DNA of 50,998 nt from a virus. Taxonomy: Duplodnaviria; Caudoviricetes. Made by a program: the position numbers and the translations under genes. Under the pieces are notes generated by a model. It did not search any database. It was not told where the DNA came from and was given only the letters and a program-made list of their open reading frames with translations. Location: IMG/VR virus record IMGVR_UViG_3300037424_003017, positions 1 to 50,998 of that record, one strand, 5' to 3'. Positions 1-8,274 of the stretch are shown here, piece after piece. Every line of letters starts with the position of its first letter. Positions within the stretch are counted from its first letter, which is position 1.

Positions 1-510
1 ATGATGCGGTCGTGGGCGGTTTTTGATTCACCTGTGCAGGATGCACTTCATACTTTGAAATACCGCCATAATGTGGGAATCGGTGATGCTCTGGCAGTGC
101 AAATGAAGGATTTTTTATGCTCGTTGCAGTGGACTGTGGATGTTCTGATCCCTGTTCCACTTGGGAAAAGGCGCTTGAAAGAGAGAGGGTATAATCAAGT
201 TGGGTTGGTTGCGCGAGTGCTGGCTTATGAGGTTGGTTTGGAATATATCCCTCAGGCCTTGTGGAAATCGCGCGAAACGCGTTCGCAGGTGGGTTTGACC
301 ATTTCTCAGCGCTGGGAAAATGTCCATAATGCGTATCAAGCCGCCCCTGAGTCTGTGAGGCGCAAGTCCATCTTGTTAATGGATGATGTGGCAACAACCG
401 GTTCGACAATCCAGTCCTGTGCGAGCGCCCTGTTATCCGCTGGCGCGCGGGAAGTTTATGCAATCACCATTGCGCGTGCACTTTCACATCATGATCTGAC
501 CCGTGTTTGA
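1..510 (+). CDS. comF: ComF family phosphoribosyltransferase-fold protein (probably 5'-truncated by window edge)
   Basis: VPL...RGYNQ motif and ILLMDDVATTGST PRTase motif; sits upstream of hpf, a conserved pairing. Confidence 0.9.
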   Translation: MMRSWAVFDSPVQDALHTLKYRHNVGIGDALAVQMKDFLCSLQWTVDVLIPVPLGKRRLKERGYNQVGLVARVLAYEVGLEYIPQALWKSRETRSQVGLTISQRWENVHNAYQAAPESVRRKSILLMDDVATTGSTIQSCASALLSAGAREVYAITIARALSHHDLTRV

Positions 511-555
511 CAACTGTCTGTTTGGACGGTTGATAACCTTTTCAGGAGGTAGTAT

Positions 556-1122
556 ATGGCGAACAAAGTTGTAGCACTGGCTCGTAATATGCGGCTCACC
601 GATAATACACGCGAGTACGTGGAGAAGAAAGCGGCCAAACTGGAGCGATACCTTCAGGAAATTGACGAAATTCACGTTGAGTTGTCCCACGTAAAGGCGG
701 CTCGTAACGCAAATGATCGTCAGGTGGCGCAGATCACGGTACGGGGCAGGGGATTTATCCTGCGCACTGAGGAGCGTTCGGACGATTTGCACACCGCCTT
801 TGATGCCGCCTTCGACAAGATGCAAAGGCAGGTTGATCGTTACAAGGGCAAACATCATCATGGGCGTGGTGACGGGCGCTCTGCCGCTGAGGTGATCGAA
901 GAGGATGTGCCCGTTGACGAGACGGGTGAATTGCTCCCGTTGATCGCCAAGCGAAAGAAGTTTATTGTGTTGCCCATGAATGAAGATGAGGCTGTTGAAC
1001 AGATGCGTCTGCTCGGGCATGACAATTTCTTTGTCTTCTTCAATGCTGAGAAAAACTCCATTCAGGTTTTGTATCGGCGTCGCAATGGATCATATGGCTT
1101 AATCGAACCTGTGGTTGGCTGA
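556..1122 (+). CDS. hpf: ribosome hibernation promoting factor (long HPF)
   Basis: S30AE-type N-domain (YVEKKAAKLERY, DLHTAFDAAFDKMQRQ) plus C-domain (PMNEDEAVEQMRLLGHDNFFVF, VLYRRRNGSYGLI); GGAGG RBS. Confidence 0.95.
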   Translation: MANKVVALARNMRLTDNTREYVEKKAAKLERYLQEIDEIHVELSHVKAARNANDRQVAQITVRGRGFILRTEERSDDLHTAFDAAFDKMQRQVDRYKGKHHHGRGDGRSAAEVIEEDVPVDETGELLPLIAKRKKFIVLPMNEDEAVEQMRLLGHDNFFVFFNAEKNSIQVLYRRRNGSYGLIEPVVG

Positions 1123-1155
1123 TGCACTGAATTGTGGTTTTATCAAGGAGCGAAA

Positions 1156-1779
1156 ATGGAAATTGATGATGACAACGATGATCTGGAAGGTGTGTCAACG
1201 AATGTGGATTTGGATGCCACAAAAAATGTCATCCTTGAGTTGATAAAAGCAGTAGGGGAGGACCCTGAACGGGAGGGTCTAAAGAACACGCCGCATCGCG
1301 TATCCCGCATGTATGTGGAACTGTTGAGTGGCTATACTGCCGACCCCACAAAGATCATCAATGGCGCGTTGTTCAACATCAGTTACGATGAAATGGTGCT
1401 CGTGCGTGATATCGAGTTTTATAGTCTGTGCGAGCATCATATGTTGCCCTTTATTGGCCGTGCGCATATTGCATATATTCCTGCAGGGAAGGTAATCGGG
1501 CTGTCCAAAATTCCTCGCATTGTTGATATGTATGCGCGCAGGTTGCAGGTGCAGGAACGGATGACGCGCCAGATCGCAGATTTTCTTCAGCAGACCCTCA
1601 AGCCCCAGGGGGTTGCAGTTGTTGTGGAGGCAATGCATTTGTGCTCCATGATGCGCGGTGTAAAAAAGCATGATGCGCGCATGACGACATCTGCGATGCA
1701 TGGAGCGTTCCGCGCGAATTTGGCGACGCGGCAGGAATTTTTGGATAATATCTCTCGACCACGGGTTGGGATCAACTGA
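1156..1779 (+). CDS. folE: GTP cyclohydrolase I
   Basis: [45 protein letters not shown] motifs; AAGGAG RBS before ATG 1156. Confidence 0.97.
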   Translation: MEIDDDNDDLEGVSTNVDLDATKNVILELIKAVGEDPEREGLKNTPHRVSRMYVELLSGYTADPTKIINGALFNISYDEMVLVRDIEFYSLCEHHMLPFIGRAHIAYIPAGKVIGLSKIPRIVDMYARRLQVQERMTRQIADFLQQTLKPQGVAVVVEAMHLCSMMRGVKKHDARMTTSAMHGAFRANLATRQEFLDNISRPRVGIN

Positions 1780-1780
1780 T

Positions 1781-3265
1781 TCAAGTACGCCAGTGGATGG
1801 TGACGGTGTGCTCGGGGGAGACGGTGATCTTTTCACAGAGCGCCGTCAGGAGACGATGGACGACGACGGGGTCGTCTTCCTGCACCCATTCGTGGAAGTG
1901 GGTCAGATCGGGGAATTGATCGGTGATCTCGGCACGGAGTTGTGCGGCGTTCTCCCCTTTTTCGAGTTCGAGGCGCAGGGTTTCGAGCTGGTTCTCCAGC
2001 TCGGTGAGTTTGGCTTTGGCTTCGAGGGGTGTATAGACTCCGCCTTCGAAGCCTTCCTGTACGCGCTTGCGGCGTTTCTGAATGTCCTCCATTGCCGACT
2101 GATAATGACGTTGGGAGTCTTCCTGTTTGTCTTCGAGGGGTTGTGCCTTGTACTTTTGCAGTTGTTCTGCGAGATGGCGCGCCACCAGGTCGACGCCTTC
2201 CGGATAGGGAATGATGACGTGAGCGGGTCCGGCTTCGCAACTAAGGACCTTGCGACGTTGGTACTCGGCATGTCCATGGGACCGGCGGTGGAGTTTGCGT
2301 CCGCAGACGGAGCAGACCAGGAGCCCGGACAGTGGGAAGCGAGCGGCAAAGTGGCGATTCGTTGTATAGCGGCGTTCCATTTCCCGGACGAGGGAACGAT
2401 GCGTGGCTTCATCCCACAGCGCTTTATGTGTGCCTTTGCCGACCGTCCATTTGGCGTGCGGTAGTTCGACCTGGCGTTTCTGGTTCTTGCGGCGGAGGTC
2501 ACGGACCTGCTGAGATTTGTTGAGGGTGACCAACCCGGCATAGTATGGATTGGTGAGGATGTATTTGATGGTGGAGAGATCCCAGTGTTCGCCGCCGTTG
2601 GGTGGAAGGATTCCGGACTGATCAGCGTGCTGGGTGATGGATGTGAGGGAGCGTCCCTGTAGGAACAGGTTTTTGCATTGGATGATGAGGGCGGCTTTTT
2701 GCGGCTCGAGCTCGGGCGGTTGTTTCTTTCCGATCCATCTATACCCGAAGGGGACGCGCAAGGGTGTGAGTCCGCGGGCAATGCGAGCGGGCATTCCGAC
2801 TTTGTATTTGCGCCGCAGGTCGTTGATGCGGAAATTCTGGGTGATGCGATGAACATCACGCATGATGGATTCATTCTCGGATGTGTAGGGGTCGAAGTGA
2901 TCTGGGTCCTGCGGTTCCGCCGGCTGACTGACGGAGTAGAGTTGTTTGCCGTAGAAGCGCAGGGAGTTGGCCACCATATCGGCGAGATCTCCCAGCCTGT
3001 CGTATGAATAGATGACGAGAACGTCGAAGAGATTGTTGCGGGCATCTTCGAGCATTTGTTTGAGTTGGGGGATGTCGTTCTCGGCATCATTAAGGTTCAC
3101 GTAAAAGGAGCGTGACGCACCAGGGACGATGTAGGGTCCTGATGTCTCCTGCCAGTTATGCGCAAGCGCGGCGCGGCGTGCGTTCTCTTCCTGTTGTTGG
3201 AGGGAGACGCGATCGGGGGTGGCTTGTTGTTGGGTCGAGACTGCCGACCAGATGGAGAAGCGCAT
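1781..3265 (-). CDS. large serine recombinase (prophage integrase)
   Basis: N-terminal WSAVS..QQ...SL..Q catalytic region, YDRLG, PFGY, ILTNPYYAG recombinase domain, LSGLLVCSVCG zinc ribbon, coiled coil. Confidence 0.93.
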   Translation of the reverse strand: MRFSIWSAVSTQQQATPDRVSLQQQEENARRAALAHNWQETSGPYIVPGASRSFYVNLNDAENDIPQLKQMLEDARNNLFDVLVIYSYDRLGDLADMVANSLRFYGKQLYSVSQPAEPQDPDHFDPYTSENESIMRDVHRITQNFRINDLRRKYKVGMPARIARGLTPLRVPFGYRWIGKKQPPELEPQKAALIIQCKNLFLQGRSLTSITQHADQSGILPPNGGEHWDLSTIKYILTNPYYAGLVTLNKSQQVRDLRRKNQKRQVELPHAKWTVGKGTHKALWDEATHRSLVREMERRYTTNRHFAARFPLSGLLVCSVCGRKLHRRSHGHAEYQRRKVLSCEAGPAHVIIPYPEGVDLVARHLAEQLQKYKAQPLEDKQEDSQRHYQSAMEDIQKRRKRVQEGFEGGVYTPLEAKAKLTELENQLETLRLELEKGENAAQLRAEITDQFPDLTHFHEWVQEDDPVVVHRLLTALCEKITVSPEHTVTIHWRT

Positions 3266-3282
3266 GGGATAGCTTTCAGGGG

Positions 3283-3609
3283 TTAGCGATCAGCCTTCAT
3301 GTTTACCCAGTGGTATTGTTTGCGTGGTGCGAGTTTTCGCACTGACAGGAGGATGACGAACAGAGACGCCGCCCCTCCCCAGATTGCCGACCACAGGGCA
3401 AGTTGGCGCGGCTCAAAGATGAACATGGCGACGAAGAGCAGGAAGAAGGCAAGGATGCGCTCGAGCCGGCGTGGTCGGTGGCGATTCCCGATCCAGTGGA
3501 TAAAGGCGCGGTTACTTTTGAAACTACCCAAGAACACCAGGCAGGATAAAAATAGGCTCACAAGGAGCCTGCGCCAGGGAGAACGGATTTGAGAAAGCCT
3601 ATGTTTCAT
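3283..3609 (-). CDS. hypothetical membrane protein
   Basis: Three hydrophobic segments; lies in the leftward lysogeny operon. Confidence 0.55.
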   Translation of the reverse strand: MKHRLSQIRSPWRRLLVSLFLSCLVFLGSFKSNRAFIHWIGNRHRPRRLERILAFFLLFVAMFIFEPRQLALWSAIWGGAASLFVILLSVRKLAPRKQYHWVNMKADR

Positions 3610-4012
3610 TGTTCTGTTTGTCGGCTAGTTGGGGGTGTGCTTGTGAAAGTATCTGATTCAGCACGTATTTATAAACCCAGTGTGCTTTTTCTGCGCCACG
3701 GAATTCAAAAGAGAATTTTCCGGCGGCTGTTATCAATATGATCTCACTTGTTTGAAATATCAAACCATCGTCGGCAGATGCAACGGCAATCACTTGATGA
3801 TAGGGTATCGAAACCATGCTCTTCTTTTTGAAGAGAACGCCCTGGTCGTAGAAGATAACACGCTGGTCTGTAATCCCGACGAATCCAGTTCCGGCTCCCT
3901 TGCAGTCATATACTGCCTTGAGAGTTTCGCCGGGGATCACATAAGGCGTAATCCGATCCAATTGTTTCTTGTCATCGAAAACCGGGGCTTGTTGTGTTTG
4001 GGGTTGTGTCAT
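3599..4012 (-). CDS. bacterial PH-domain protein
   Basis: GETLKAVY..GFVGITDQRVIFYD..SIPYHQV pattern typical of bPH domains. Confidence 0.7.
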   Translation of the reverse strand: MTQPQTQQAPVFDDKKQLDRITPYVIPGETLKAVYDCKGAGTGFVGITDQRVIFYDQGVLFKKKSMVSIPYHQVIAVASADDGLIFQTSEIILITAAGKFSFEFRGAEKAHWVYKYVLNQILSQAHPQLADKQNNET

Positions 4013-4203
4013 AGTTTAGTTCTTTCCATACGTTCCTTGTCTGTGGCGATCAACCAGCCGACCGGAACGACAATGAACAACAGGTAAAGCATTTCATAAT
4101 CTGGATCGATCAGGGCAGGAAATACGAAGAAGGCAATCGCCAGAAACACCCATACCACCAGAACGATCTTTTCACGACGTGTGAACATGGATAAAGAATT
4201 CAT
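4009..4203 (-). CDS. small 2-TM membrane protein
   Basis: Two hydrophobic helices; overlaps neighbouring start/stop codons. Confidence 0.6.
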   Translation of the reverse strand: MNSLSMFTRREKIVLVVWVFLAIAFFVFPALIDPDYEMLYLLFIVVPVGWLIATDKERMERTKL

Positions 4204-4412
4204 TACGCTATCACAATTTCAATAAACACTCTTGTTTTTGTTTGACTTTCTGGGACGTAATAAATATTCGTAACTCGATAAGTGTTTGTATCCTTTTCAT
4301 TTTTGATCTCAAAAGGCTGAAACAATTCTCCGATATGTGGAGGCTCGGTATCTGTTTCGTAAGACAATATCTCTTTGCCTGATACGTCGGTAAAGATAAG
4401 ATTGTATTTCAC
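4203..4412 (-). CDS. hypothetical protein
   Basis: ORF coupled to the repressor stop and to the next start. Confidence 0.55.
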   Translation of the reverse strand: MKYNLIFTDVSGKEILSYETDTEPPHIGELFQPFEIKNEKDTNTYRVTNIYYVPESQTKTRVFIEIVIA

Positions 4413-4789
4413 CCACTCCCCTTTTTATTGGCAGCCGGCTTGCGCGATTTCTGCTTTGCATCTTCGCCGGCGGCGATAGAGTCTATAAAGCGACCAGCAA
4501 CGCCACGCATATCAGGTGGGATCAATTTGAGCATGTGGGTCTGTTCTTCGACCCAAGGGTCTTCATCTGGCTCGGGATTCAATCCAGAAGCCACACGCAG
4601 GAAATAACTTCTCTCAATTTGTAGGACATCTGCTATCGCCAATAGGTTTTCCAAAGTCGTTCCGCGATCACCCGATATTATCCGAGAGACTTGTGAAGAT
4701 GTCATGGTAAGCCTGCTTGCCAGATTGACCTGCGACATATTCATGTCACCCATTCTTTTTTTAATTAGCTCACGTGTTCTGTTATTCAT
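4409..4789 (-). CDS. XRE-family HTH immunity repressor (CI-like, no peptidase domain)
   Basis: MSQVNLASRLTMTSSQVSRIISGDRGTTLENLLAIADVL HTH_3 pattern; divergent from early genes; start 4789 preferred. Confidence 0.85.
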   Translation of the reverse strand: MNNRTRELIKKRMGDMNMSQVNLASRLTMTSSQVSRIISGDRGTTLENLLAIADVLQIERSYFLRVASGLNPEPDEDPWVEEQTHMLKLIPPDMRGVAGRFIDSIAAGEDAKQKSRKPAANKKGSG

Positions 4790-4813
4790 TGTAATTAAAG
4801 TTACCATCCAGGC

Positions 4814-4925
4814 ATTGACTGCGGGGTAAGTCAATTTTCCTACTTGACAAAATTCTATAATTGCCTATAATACCTAATAGGCAAGTCTAGTTGCCTAAAA
4901 GTCAAGACAAATAGGAGCAAGTCAA
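4814..4925. promoter_or_regulatory. candidate repressor operators
   Basis: Inverted repeats ATTGACT..AGTCAAT (4814-4835) and TTGCCTA..TAGGCAA (4861-4884); further AGTCAA/TTGCCTA half-sites up to 4925. Confidence 0.55.
4844..4871 (+). promoter_or_regulatory. rightward early promoter
   Basis: TTGACA (4844-4849), 16 bp, TATAAT (4866-4871). Confidence 0.8.
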
Positions 4926-5152
4926 TGGCAGAGACAAAAACCAGTCAGCAAGTGAATACAGACTTCAGCAAGTACCCTGAGTTGCTGATGGCTCTCGACG
5001 ATATGGTCGAAGCCGACGGCACCGACCGCTCGAAGTTCATCCGTAATCTGGTGCGCCAGGAGCACGCCCGCAGAGCCAAGGTTCAGCCGGAACTGCCCCT
5101 CTTCCCTCCCCAGAATAGCGGTAAGCGCACAGCCAAGTCCGTTGCGGCATAA
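4925..5152 (+). CDS. ribbon-helix-helix DNA-binding protein (Cro position)
   Basis: LLMALDDMVEADGTDRSKFIRNLV RHH-like helices; AGGAG RBS. Confidence 0.7.
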   Translation: MAETKTSQQVNTDFSKYPELLMALDDMVEADGTDRSKFIRNLVRQEHARRAKVQPELPLFPPQNSGKRTAKSVAA

Positions 5153-5155
5153 GGT

Positions 5156-5440
5156 GTGGACATGCCACGGAAAATCAAACTCTCCCCGATCCGAATACGA
5201 ATCTACCAATACATTGTGGCGTTCAAATCCGAACATGATGGTAACTCTCCGTCTATTCGCCAGATCGGCGATCAAGTCGGTATATCCTGGACCAGTGTCG
5301 TGAGATACCACCTAGCTACGATGGAGCGATTGGGCATGATCAAACTTGGCGGCAATGGCGTTTCTCGGATGATCGTCGTGATCGGTGGGACGTGGGCACC
5401 GCCGGCAAACATAGACCCTGCATGGACGGTGACACAATGA
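5156..5440 (+). CDS. LexA-type DNA-binding domain protein lacking the peptidase domain
   Basis: IYQYIVAFKSEHDGNSPSIRQIGDQVGISWTSVVRYHLATMERLGMI matches the LexA N-terminal winged HTH. Confidence 0.8.
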   Translation: MDMPRKIKLSPIRIRIYQYIVAFKSEHDGNSPSIRQIGDQVGISWTSVVRYHLATMERLGMIKLGGNGVSRMIVVIGGTWAPPANIDPAWTVTQ

Positions 5441-5709
5441 GTCTCGCCTATCGTCACATGAATTACACGCTCCAAGCAATGGCGCACGAAGAAGCCAGGA
5501 AGAGCGCCGAATGGTATGCCAGCCTGCCTGAGGAAGAGCGAGCCGACCGGAGCCACTACTGGTTTGTCGAGAAGAAGTCGAAGAACGGCAAGAAGTGGCT
5601 GTTTGTGCGGGATGCGCAATGGACGAAGAGCGAAGCGGCGGCGGCTTTCCGTAAGTTCTACCAGAACCGTGAAGTGAAGTTTCGCATTCGACATTTGCTG
5701 GCTTATTGA
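5437..5709 (+). CDS. hypothetical phage protein
   Basis: ATGA-coupled to previous gene. Confidence 0.6.
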   Translation: MSLAYRHMNYTLQAMAHEEARKSAEWYASLPEEERADRSHYWFVEKKSKNGKKWLFVRDAQWTKSEAAAAFRKFYQNREVKFRIRHLLAY

Positions 5710-5722
5710 TAGGAGATCAGAC

Positions 5723-6010
5723 ATGGGACCGTATTGCAACTTTTGTAACTCCAGATGTTTTTGTCACTTTCCACAAAGGACGCCTCAATATATTTTGGAT
5801 GCCTATGGTTCATCGACGATTATTGCAACGTGCCGGGCTGGTCAGGAATTTGAAAAGAAGAAGATCGGTTACTGCTACGACGACATCGTAAAAGCTATTG
5901 AAGAGATCGATGAAATTGTTAGCGGATCTGATGATGTCAATCCTTATCTTCTGACTGGCGAAGAACTTGAAAGAACAACAGCCAGACGGATAGCCGGAAT
6001 CAACTGGTGA
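5723..6010 (+). CDS. hypothetical protein with CxxC
   Basis: AGGAG RBS; YCNFC. Confidence 0.6.
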   Translation: MGPYCNFCNSRCFCHFPQRTPQYILDAYGSSTIIATCRAGQEFEKKKIGYCYDDIVKAIEEIDEIVSGSDDVNPYLLTGEELERTTARRIAGINW

Positions 6011-6203
6011 AACATGAAAACAAAAACACAGATCAAGAGCAAGAGCCGACCGAACCGCCTTGCCATGGGTGAAGTGGTTTCCCGCTACTACCAATGGCTG
6101 TGGGACCGTGAGCAGTATCTACAGAAAGCACACGCGGCGGGCCGCGGCAAGCCGATCGCGGTTGTGAAGGTGTAGTGGTCATACCCACAGGATAGCACCT
6201 TCG

Positions 6204-6644
6204 ATGAATTCCCCGACTTCCCCTCTGCTTTCCCTGTATTTAGCTCAGTTTTTATTCGGTGTTTTATATGCATTCCTGATCCATTGGCTGAGCATGAAAC
6301 ATTACTTACCCGGAAGCACAGCCTGGAGCGTGGTGATCGGCGATGCGGCAACACTTTTCATTCAGTGGTTGTTTGTGCGAGATGGATGGAATTTTGGAAT
6401 GACATTCGGGTCTTTTGCATGTAGTGGTTTTCCGATGGTGATCACGTACTTGTACCGTCATCAGAGCAATATGATCCGAGCCAGGCATACCCGCCGACCA
6501 TGGCCAACAGCGGCGGCAAAAGCAAGAGACGATGCGGTGATGGAATTGGCGATGATGGCAGATGAGATCGCAAACGAGAAGGCAACCGTGGTGAGTATTG
6601 TCCACCGGTTACATAAATTGATCGGACTTTTGAATAGCGTCTAG
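6204..6644 (+). CDS. hypothetical membrane protein
   Basis: Three N-terminal hydrophobic segments. Confidence 0.6.
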   Translation: MNSPTSPLLSLYLAQFLFGVLYAFLIHWLSMKHYLPGSTAWSVVIGDAATLFIQWLFVRDGWNFGMTFGSFACSGFPMVITYLYRHQSNMIRARHTRRPWPTAAAKARDDAVMELAMMADEIANEKATVVSIVHRLHKLIGLLNSV

Positions 6645-6658
6645 AAAGGTATGCAATT

Positions 6659-6901
6659 ATGACAGATGAATTCAAACCCCAGTTTCCTCCAGCGCTCCTG
6701 CGAGCCAGCTACAAGCGATGGAGCAACTCTTATGGCAAGTTTTATGTTGGTGCTTTCTATCGTGGGAACTCCCCGGTGAAATTCACAACACGTATATTCA
6801 AGCGGGCTTCGGAAGCCGAAGAGCATTGCCGCAAAATGCTGGCTCGTTATGCCAGGCTGGTGACCGCGAAGATGCTCTCCCTGGTAGAGGTGCCGGCATG
6901 A
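6659..6901 (+). CDS. hypothetical phage protein
   Basis: GAAAGG RBS; coupled to next gene. Confidence 0.55.
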   Translation: MTDEFKPQFPPALLRASYKRWSNSYGKFYVGAFYRGNSPVKFTTRIFKRASEAEEHCRKMLARYARLVTAKMLSLVEVPA

Positions 6902-7116
6902 CACAACCATCCAGCAGTACCGAGAAAAAGGTCGTAGCCAAGAGCAAAGCCATCTATCGGGCAGTACTGATCATGGAAACAGACAAAGGCGTGACGATCA
7001 TCATCGGCAGAAATCAATACGATCTGGCGGACCTGAACGAAGCCACTGCATTTATCGATGCGGTGTACGCCAATGCGGCGAGACGGGTATTGGAATTCCC
7101 GATGCGAGTGCAATAG
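6898..7116 (+). CDS. hypothetical phage protein
   Basis: GAGG RBS; ATGA overlap. Confidence 0.55.
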   Translation: MTQPSSSTEKKVVAKSKAIYRAVLIMETDKGVTIIIGRNQYDLADLNEATAFIDAVYANAARRVLEFPMRVQ

Positions 7117-7153
7117 CCCTCACCCCCGACCCCTCTCCCAAAGGGCGAGGGGA
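7117..7153. repeat. REP-like CCCTCACCCC..CCCTCTCCC/GGGxGAGGGG hairpin
   Basis: Related copies at 21272-21308 and 38987-39020. Confidence 0.65.
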
Positions 7154-7154
7154 G

Positions 7155-7224
7155 AAAAAAAAGACAGACCAGTGGAATGGTCTGTCAGGCGAGATAAAAA
7201 CCTGCGACGGAATTGATCTCGCCT
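7155..7224 (-). ncRNA. candidate antisense small RNA (two hairpins plus U-tract)
   Basis: Minus-strand extended -10 TGT-TATAGT (7236-7228); hairpin 7187-7224; terminator hairpin 7163-7186 followed by T8. Confidence 0.45.
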
Positions 7225-7252
7225 CCTACTATAACACAATTTTGGAGGCTGT

Positions 7253-7462
7253 ATGAACAAAAGATTTTCAGAACGATCGGTCGAAGTGCCGACCACAAAA
7301 GCGGACACGCTCTCGACCCCGACCCAGCGTGAGTTGATGGAAGCCAGGGCGAAGGTCCTGAGAGCGATCGGTGAGCGCAAGGTCGAGCCGACGCCAGGCT
7401 TGATGGCGGAATTAGCTTCGTGGAATGTCCTGCTGGGTGATGTGGAGGTGTTCGATGCCTAA
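7253..7462 (+). CDS. hypothetical phage protein
   Basis: GGAGG RBS. Confidence 0.6.
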   Translation: MNKRFSERSVEVPTTKADTLSTPTQRELMEARAKVLRAIGERKVEPTPGLMAELASWNVLLGDVEVFDA

Positions 7463-8099
7463 CGCCATCTCCGCGATCACGGAAAGTAAGTTGCTGGCAA
7501 AGGTGATCATTCAGTCGGGCGAACAATTGGAGATCGTGGCGATTTTCGAGAAGAGTGAATACTACAAGTTCTTCTTCGTCTTCACCGCCAAATCACCCAA
7601 TGACCCGCAGAAGAAGTGGACTCTGAAACGGAATAGTGCCATTTTCGGTATGAAGTTGTTTGACCTGGATACATTCGTGGCTCAGGAAATTAGCTTCAAT
7701 TTCAGAGGCAAGATGATGGTGTTCACCAACACGAAACTGTATTGTGAACCTGAGTTTTTACGGGACTTCATTCACAAGGTTGGGCATCCATTAGAAGGTG
7801 TCCGGCGTGAAATTCCACATGGGGCAACGTTCGACCGGGTAGGCAGGAAGCGCAGCGGTTCTTGGTTCAACACCCGGAATAAGGCATTTGACAGCCTGCC
7901 AGCACCTACGAACGAAGTCCTTGTTTATGAAGATTTCTGCGCCGAGTGCGGATCACGACACAATATCCCGCACTTCCCTAGTGGAACAACCAAGTGCATG
8001 GACTACATGAAGCTAAATGATCACCCGGGTTTGGAATACACCGGTCGCCGAAGTGGAATGTTTGTCTTTCGTTATAGAGTTTCACAGGCTGTGAGGTAG
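7455..8099 (+). CDS. hypothetical phage protein
   Basis: GGAGGTG RBS before ATG 7455; C-terminal CAEC. Confidence 0.6.
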   Translation: MPNAISAITESKLLAKVIIQSGEQLEIVAIFEKSEYYKFFFVFTAKSPNDPQKKWTLKRNSAIFGMKLFDLDTFVAQEISFNFRGKMMVFTNTKLYCEPEFLRDFIHKVGHPLEGVRREIPHGATFDRVGRKRSGSWFNTRNKAFDSLPAPTNEVLVYEDFCAECGSRHNIPHFPSGTTKCMDYMKLNDHPGLEYTGRRSGMFVFRYRVSQAVR

Positions 8100-8274
8100 G
8101 GATGGCAAGGAATGCTACTCTCACATGCACGTGTTGCCGAAGGACCAGCGGAAGTATCCGCGAAACCCCGAAAGCCTTTGACGGATGGCAGGTGTATCCG
8201 AAAGAGAAATGTCCCAAATGTATTGCCCGCACGATGGCGAGACGGAAACAAGACAACAAAGGAAGAAGGTAAGG

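Noticed and set aside
1700-3090. Long alternative ORFs 1700-2464 (+) and 1903-3090 (-)
   Set aside because: Shadows of the serine integrase with no recognisable motifs.
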